Below, one piece after another: positions 57,797 through 64,000 of a stretch of 64,000 nucleotides of DNA. Source of the DNA: Octopus vulgaris (taxonomy: Eukaryota); assembly GCA_951406725.2 (NCBI GenBank), contig OX597815.1, forward strand, positions 126,604,001 through 126,668,000, in the 5' to 3' direction. The notes below the pieces were generated by a model that searched no databases, was not told where the DNA came from, and worked only from the letters and a program-made list of their open reading frames with translations. The first letter of the stretch is position 1. The number at the start of each line of letters is the position of its first letter. The translations under genes and the position numbers were made by a program.

Positions 57797-57800
<4 letters not shown>

Positions 57801-59915
57801 GTTTATAGATGAGAGACAGATATTCTCCATATAGAATACACTTCATAGTGCTTAAGAGGTTTAAACTTGAGCAGAGGCTCTCCAGATAAATGGCTTCCAT
57901 GAAGAGATATATTATATCACCAACACTAAGCTTAAAACTAACATAGCACATCTTTTTCCCATTACTAACCTGGAATCTATGGACTCTACATCAATCCAAC
58001 AACTCTCAAAAAAAAAACCCTTACACATCACACTCAGCTGCCCCACTGGCTACCCCAAGCCTAAAACAACTACAAGCCCCCCTCCTGCTCCTGATCAACC
58101 CACTACAACTACACACTCTAAACATTCTAAGGCCAGGAAGTGGGAAACCTTATGGTTCACCCTACCTTTCTCTCTCCAAGTTAAATCTCTACCTAAACTC
58201 TTCTTTAAAATCCTAAGATCTATTTTTCTACCACAGCATAAATACCATCCTATTTTTAACAAATTATCTGTGAAAATCTCCTATTCCACCACACCTAGTT
58301 TGGGATCCATAATCGCCAACTCAAACAAATGCAAACTCCAACACCAGTCCTCAGAACACCTAAACTCTCACACTGCACCACAAATTAACCCACATATTAA
58401 CAATAGCACAACTCTTAGTAACCCCACTCTCTTAAATAATACCAGACCCAAGCCATCATCCCACAATCCTACCTCTGCAACAACAAATACTAGCTGTAAT
58501 ACCACCTCCCAATCTAATACTGATACAGATTGCACTTCAGGTTCTCCCCCACTAACAATGAACTAATAGAGCTCAAACTCACTAGTAATAAACTCCAACC
58601 ACGGCGTAGGTAGGAAAACTTGCAGTTGTCAGGTTTCTCAACTATGCCCTCTTGGAGGCTCCTGTCTACGCAAAAATGTAATCTACAAACGCTGTGTTAT
58701 AACACCGCACTCTCACCAAGTAAGGATATATATCAGTGGCACCATAGATTTCAAGTGCTACTACTGTGCACACATTAAGTCTTTCTCCAATCCAAATTCT
58801 AAATTATCAACCTCCTTAGCAATTTATTTACACAATCTTAAATCTCAATATATTCCATACACCTTATCCTGGTCCATTGCAAGTGAGGCTCCCTCATGCA
58901 ATGCAAACCCTGGCAAATGGAAGTTATGTCTAAAAGAATCATTAACCATTCTTCACCTTCATAACTCCTTATTACTTAATAGATTTTCTGATGTAATTTA
59001 TTCTTGTAAACACAGGTACTACTCATCTTTCATTCACTTTGCTAAATCTATGTAATCTCATAACTTTAAGTATCCATACCCAAAATAACCTTAAACTAAA
59101 ACAAAGTCAGCCTAGCAACCTACTACTTAAAAAATTCACCCCCCACTCTTATTTTTCCTCATACACACATTTCCAAATTCTTCCAAATTCATCTAATCCC
59201 CTACTTTCCATTTCCTTTTTAGCCTCTCCACCTTCCCATCTTCAAAAGTTCTTAACACTACCCCACTCCTTTGAAAACTAACCAATCTATCTCTACCCCT
59301 CCCTATTCAGATCCCTCTATTGAATTTCACACACCTCTCTGTACCATAACACCCACCTTCAATACCAACCCAGTTCCTTTGCCCCATTAACAACTACTAA
59401 TTTGACCACCTACTCACCCATCACTCTATCTTCTCTCATACATCTCTACATACCTTACTAATCTCCCTCAACCACTGAACCAGTCAACTTATTTCCCTCA
59501 AATAATAGCCATTCTCATTTTCACTATCTCAACTTTTAGCTCTGTAGCCTTCATACGAATTAACACAAAGGTTACTCTTCACATACTTCCCTCTTCCTTC
59601 CACCTACTATGACTCCCTAATAGCTTCATTAATAACCTCTAACACTGAATTTTTTTCTCCTCCCATTACTCACTATCTAAATACCTCCTAACTCCCCCTT
59701 GGAATCAATTTACAATCATTATTTTGGACAATCAAGCCATCCCCCCAGAAACAGCTGTTGGACTCAAAACTTTTATCCAACCCCTATAATTCTTGATATC
59801 GTTTCTATTCTGAGTAAGTCAGCCTTTTTATATATAAAAATGTATATATTTTTTGTATTAAATGTATTTGATATTTTTTGTAAACCGACTTGCCTAACTT
59901 GCTTATCCTTACATT
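57797..59915 (+). mobile_element. 5'-truncated Penelope-like retroelement (RT C-terminus, linker and GIY-YIG endonuclease), inactivated
   Basis: Frame from 57979: LWFTLPFS..FFKIL..F...HKYH.IFN..VKISYS. After in-frame stops at 58564 the same frame gives CSC...CPLGGSCL..NVIY...IYIS.T.DFK....H..SF...STSL...WSI...LCLKE...LLNR.S....CKH to 59055. It starts directly after (TA)n. Confidence 0.85.
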
Positions 59916-59923
59916 TACTCCAG

Positions 59924-59972
<49 letters not shown>

Positions 59973-60559
59973 TGTCATTTAACGTCTGCTTTCCATGCTG
60001 GCATGGGTTGAACAGTTTGACTGAAAACTGGCACGCCAGGAGGCTGCACCAGACTCCAATTAGATTTGGCAAGGTTTCCACAGCTGGATGACCTTCCTAA
60101 TGCCAACCACTCCAAGAGTGTAGTGGGTACTTTTACATGCCACTAGCATGGGAGCCAGTAGGCAGCACTGGCATTGGTCGTGCTCGAATGGTGCTTTTTA
60201 CATGTCACTCACACAGGTGTCATTTGGGTGGAACTATCATAAGCCACACTTGAATGGTGCATTTTACGTGCTATTGGCACAGGTGCCAGTCAGCCAGCAC
60301 TGGCATTAGCCATTCTTGAAAGGTGCTTCTTACATGCCAGTCAGGCGGCATTATCATCAGCCATGACTGATTTCATTTCGTTCAACAGGTCTTCACAATA
60401 TATGACATACATACATACATACATACATACATACATACATACATACATACATACATACATACATACATACATACATACATACATGCATGTATGTATGTAT
60501 GTCTCTTATGCATTTAAGCATTTAAATTTTTCCACTGAAGATGGGGTTGGTTTCTAACA

Positions 60560-61840
60560 GATACAAAACTCCATCATTGGAATATAAATAATGAAAACAT
60601 TGTCACATTTTAAACTCGAGAAAAGTCCTACAAAGTTTCAGTGTTCCGTTTACCGATTGTATTCACAATGTGCGAATCAGCTAGTTGATTCCTTTTTATG
60701 AAAATCCAAGCTTATCCAGACTGGCAGTTAGGCATTTACCTAGAAAATTATTATTGGTGTAAATGTAAATTTGTAATGTGGATATAGAAGCTGGACTTTC
60801 AAGGCAATTGCCCATAGTTATCTTCGTATTGATTTTCAAAGATATATTCACCTCAGTAGGACAGCTGACCTTTATGGCAGTACATACTTTTTCTTGTCTG
60901 TCCCAAACAACTATCTCTGTTATGCTTACACTTTAAAGATGTTTTGATGGGAATGTTCCACAATTATTCCTTGTGCTGGTATTTGCTGGCATTCCAGGAC
61001 AGTAATTCTTCTGAATAGCATTGAATATTGTTTTGCAACAATGTCATGTCACAGAGGGAGGTAGCACCTTGATGACATTTTTGGATAGCTGCTAATCATG
61101 TGTGATGTCTTCTCCAGAAATATTACATAATCTACAGTTACAGTTACCTTTTGGAACTCCACAGGCTTCACTGTCTCTTTCGTTGATTAGGTATTTAGTA
61201 GCAATCTCCTATTCTTGAATTGCAAATGTGTGATGTCACTTAGCAGTTACAAGTTCAAGAGAGGCTTCACTTCATGTCCATGAGAAACATACTCATGCAT
61301 GATCTTTCTTCAAGCATTTCACCTCCAGGTCTTCTTTGAGGTATGCTAGTCCAGTTGATTTGGGGTTGTATGGGAGGTCATCAGGAAGAGAGTACTTCCT
61401 GAGGACTTACTTTCAGCATATAGGATATTGTTTTCTTCACTTTTCAGTACTAAGTTAATGAATTTATTTTTGTTGCTATTGTCTAGCAAGTGTTGTCTGA
61501 GAAATGTTATGCGGCATTCAAAGGCTCTCTGCACTGATCTCAATTCCTTACCTCCTTTATCCCTTCTTATCACTATTTTTGTGGAGATTTCTAGTTGATG
61601 TTAGAATCTTGTGGGTTTTAATATCTATGGGGTGGATTTCTTCTACAGACCAGTCATGTACCCCAAATGTTGGAGTCAGCACTGGTACTGCAAATGCATT
61701 GTGGGATATTGTCTTGTTGTAAAAGGAGAGTTCAGACTGCCATATCTTTCTTAGTCTGGAGTAATATTCTTGGGTCACTCTATCTTTATTCTCAATAACT
61801 TGCTATGATATATTTTCATGGATACCTTGGTACCTGTAGT
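60560..61840 (-). mobile_element. Degraded R4/Dong-like non-LTR retrotransposon 3' part (RT end, zinc knuckle, restriction-like endonuclease)
   Basis: RLRKIWQSELSFYNKTISHNAFAVPVLTPTFG..DW..EEI..ID.KT.KIL, ..GGK.LRS, HDIVAK and VSCP motifs, with frameshifts. Confidence 0.75.
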
Positions 61841-62994
61841 TTGTGTGCATGTGTGTGTGTGTGTGTGTGTATGTGCACGTGCATGTGTGAGTGTGTGCAT
61901 ACACACACACATACACACACATATATGGAGACAGAGATAGACCGACTGAAGGACAGAAATTCTATAACTGTTTTGAATAGAATTTCTGAATCCAAGCCAA
62001 ATACAATAAAAGAATGCGTTTAGTGGTGACAGTGTTGTTTATTTGGCTATTGTTGTGGCCATCAGCTGCAGTATAACTAAAGTTGTATACCAAGTCATTT
62101 TTTGAATAACAAAATAAGTTAGTATTTTAGAAGAGACATTTTCACAGTGTCAATACAATACCCAGAAAACATGACATAGCATTTGAAATATCATGCTGAA
62201 TTTAATTCAATATATAAAAGTATATTTAAATAAATATTAGAATTCCTGCCAAAATGTTTCTGAAATATGAATAGAGAGAGAATATAAATTCAGAAGTTAT
62301 AATAATCTCAACAATTTCTGCAGAAATATCTGTGATAAAACTGATTGCTGATTCTGTTTTGAAATGATGTCAGAGAATGTTGAGAAAAAGTTTAAAAAGT
62401 ACAAGATTGCATAGAGAATATTACATTAAACAGTTAATTAAATGAAATAGAATTAATCACATTTACTACAATTGACTATGTGAACAAACTTAAATTTTGA
62501 TATTACTGTAAAAGAGTTTGTAAACTATATTCTAAAGAAATGAGATATTTAGCATATAGTACAATGTTGCTGTTTCTAAATTAAGCCATAATTAATTATA
62601 TACAAAGAAAATGAAATTTACATTTTCAAATATTTAATTAAAATACATTACAAAAATAATAATGGTGAAATTAATTAAAGAGTTCTAAAAGAATTGTAAT
62701 TGCTTAGTTGATCTGAATTTGGTGGAACAAATTAACTTTCTATTATTAGCTATGATTGTTGGGTTAAGAGGATCACTTCACAACCACAAAGATTCCTGCT
62801 CATCCTACTACATTGATATCATGGGCAACTGTTTTCTGGTATTTGTTCAAGTTAAACAATTTCTTGTGAGTAAAATTTCAATTAGTAACAATTGCACAGA
62901 AGCCTGGCTTGCATATATATGTGGATAGATAAGTCTTATCCTTCTACCCTGATGAAGGAGGCTCTGAAGTTTACCAATATTTGTTTACTTCCAT

Positions 62995-63885
62995 TATTAT
63001 CATCCCCATTTAACATCTCGTGTCCATGCTGGCATGGGTTAGATGGTTTGACTAGGCTGGCACACTGGAAGGCTGTGTCAGGCTCCTGTCTGACTGGCAT
63101 GTTTTCTATGGCTGGATGCACTTCCTATCACCAACCACTCCAAGAGTGTAATGGGTGCTTTTACGTGCCACTGGCATACGTGCAATTTGTGTGACACCAG
63201 TATATGTCATGACTGCAATTTTGCTCAGCTTCATGGGTATTCTCAAGCATGACATAATGCCAAAGGCTTGGTCATTGTCTGTGTAAGGCCCAACACTTGA
63301 AAGGAACTTGGCCACTTTGCCTCCATGAGGCTCAATGTTAGAAAGGAATTCAGCCACCTTGCTTTTATGAGGCCTGCTCGAAAGGAACTCAGCCACTTTG
63401 CCTCCATGAGGCCCAATGCTCAAAAGGAACTCAGTCACTTTGCCTCTATGAGGCCCAATGCTTGAAAGGAACTCAGCCACTATGCCTTTATGAGGCCCAA
63501 CACTCAAAAGGAACTTGGCCACTTTGCCTCCATGAGGCCCAACGTTCAAAGAATGATTTTGTACATGCCACCAAGGTGCACTTGGCCTGATGGGTCCTCT
63601 TAAGCAGAGCACACCGCCAAAGGTCTTGGTTAGTAGTCATTGCCTCTGTGAGGTTCGAAGTTTGAAGATCATGCTTCACCACCTCATCCCATGTCTTCCT
63701 GGGTCTACCTTTACCACAGGTTCCCTCCACAGTTAGAGATTGGCACTTCTTTACATAGCTGTCCTCATCCATACATATCACAAGACCATACCAGCACAAT
63801 CATCTTTCTTGCACACCACATTTGGTTCCCCTTATGCCTAACTTTTCTGTCAAGATGCTTACGCTCTGTCGAACATGCACACTGA
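62995..63885 (-). mobile_element. RTE 3' end with internal 42-bp minisatellite
   Basis: WYGLVICMDEDSYVKKCQSLTVEGTCGKGRPRKTWDEVVKHDL; about six 42-bp units aggcccaacacttgaaaggaactcagccactttgcctccatg at about 63286-63550. Confidence 0.8.
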
Positions 63886-64000
63886 TATCAGCAGTACATT
63901 TCCCATCAACTAACATCTGCCAACATTATAAAGTAACTCTGAGCGCTTAAAAACAGCTGCTGGAATTTTAACAACTACCCTCTAATTCATTGAGTCTATG

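Noticed and set aside
63286-63550. CRISPR-like array or repeat protein (168-aa ORF)
   Set aside because: A tandem minisatellite without spacers inside an RTE remnant in eukaryotic DNA; no cas genes.
53300-64000. Upstream KCNQ exons (pore GYGD, S1-S6)
   Set aside because: I found no TIGYGD or FFALPA-coding segment on the minus strand, so they presumably lie beyond 64000.

Overview
AT-rich, microsatellite- and SINE-dense eukaryotic genomic DNA, most likely a coleoid cephalopod (Octopus-type repeat landscape; this is an inference). Two spliced protein-coding genes lie on the minus strand. One is a complete 4-exon RPS26 (eS26, 118 aa; 7223->53). The other is the 3' half of a KCNQ1/Kv7.1-like potassium channel (7 exons, 53284->25931; upstream exons fall beyond the window). 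The rest is decayed transposons: tRNA-derived SINEs, RTE, CR1/L2 and R4/Dong-like LINE fragments, Tc1, mariner, maT and pogo remnants, hAT MITEs, a Helitron-like element and a Penelope-like GIY-YIG element. The most notable signal is in the last KCNQ intron: a young, GC/CpG-rich, non-coding ~350-bp tandem repeat (about 2.3 units, 28806-29632) inserted in (TA)n. Each full unit carries an intact type I hammerhead ribozyme, so this is a candidate cephalopod retrozyme predicted to give a 348-nt self-cleaved, circularisable RNA. Three further hammerhead or hammerhead-like motifs and several long fold-back palindromes occur nearby. Most ORFs in the supplied track are microsatellite or repeat artefacts. 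Boundaries of decayed repeats are approximate.
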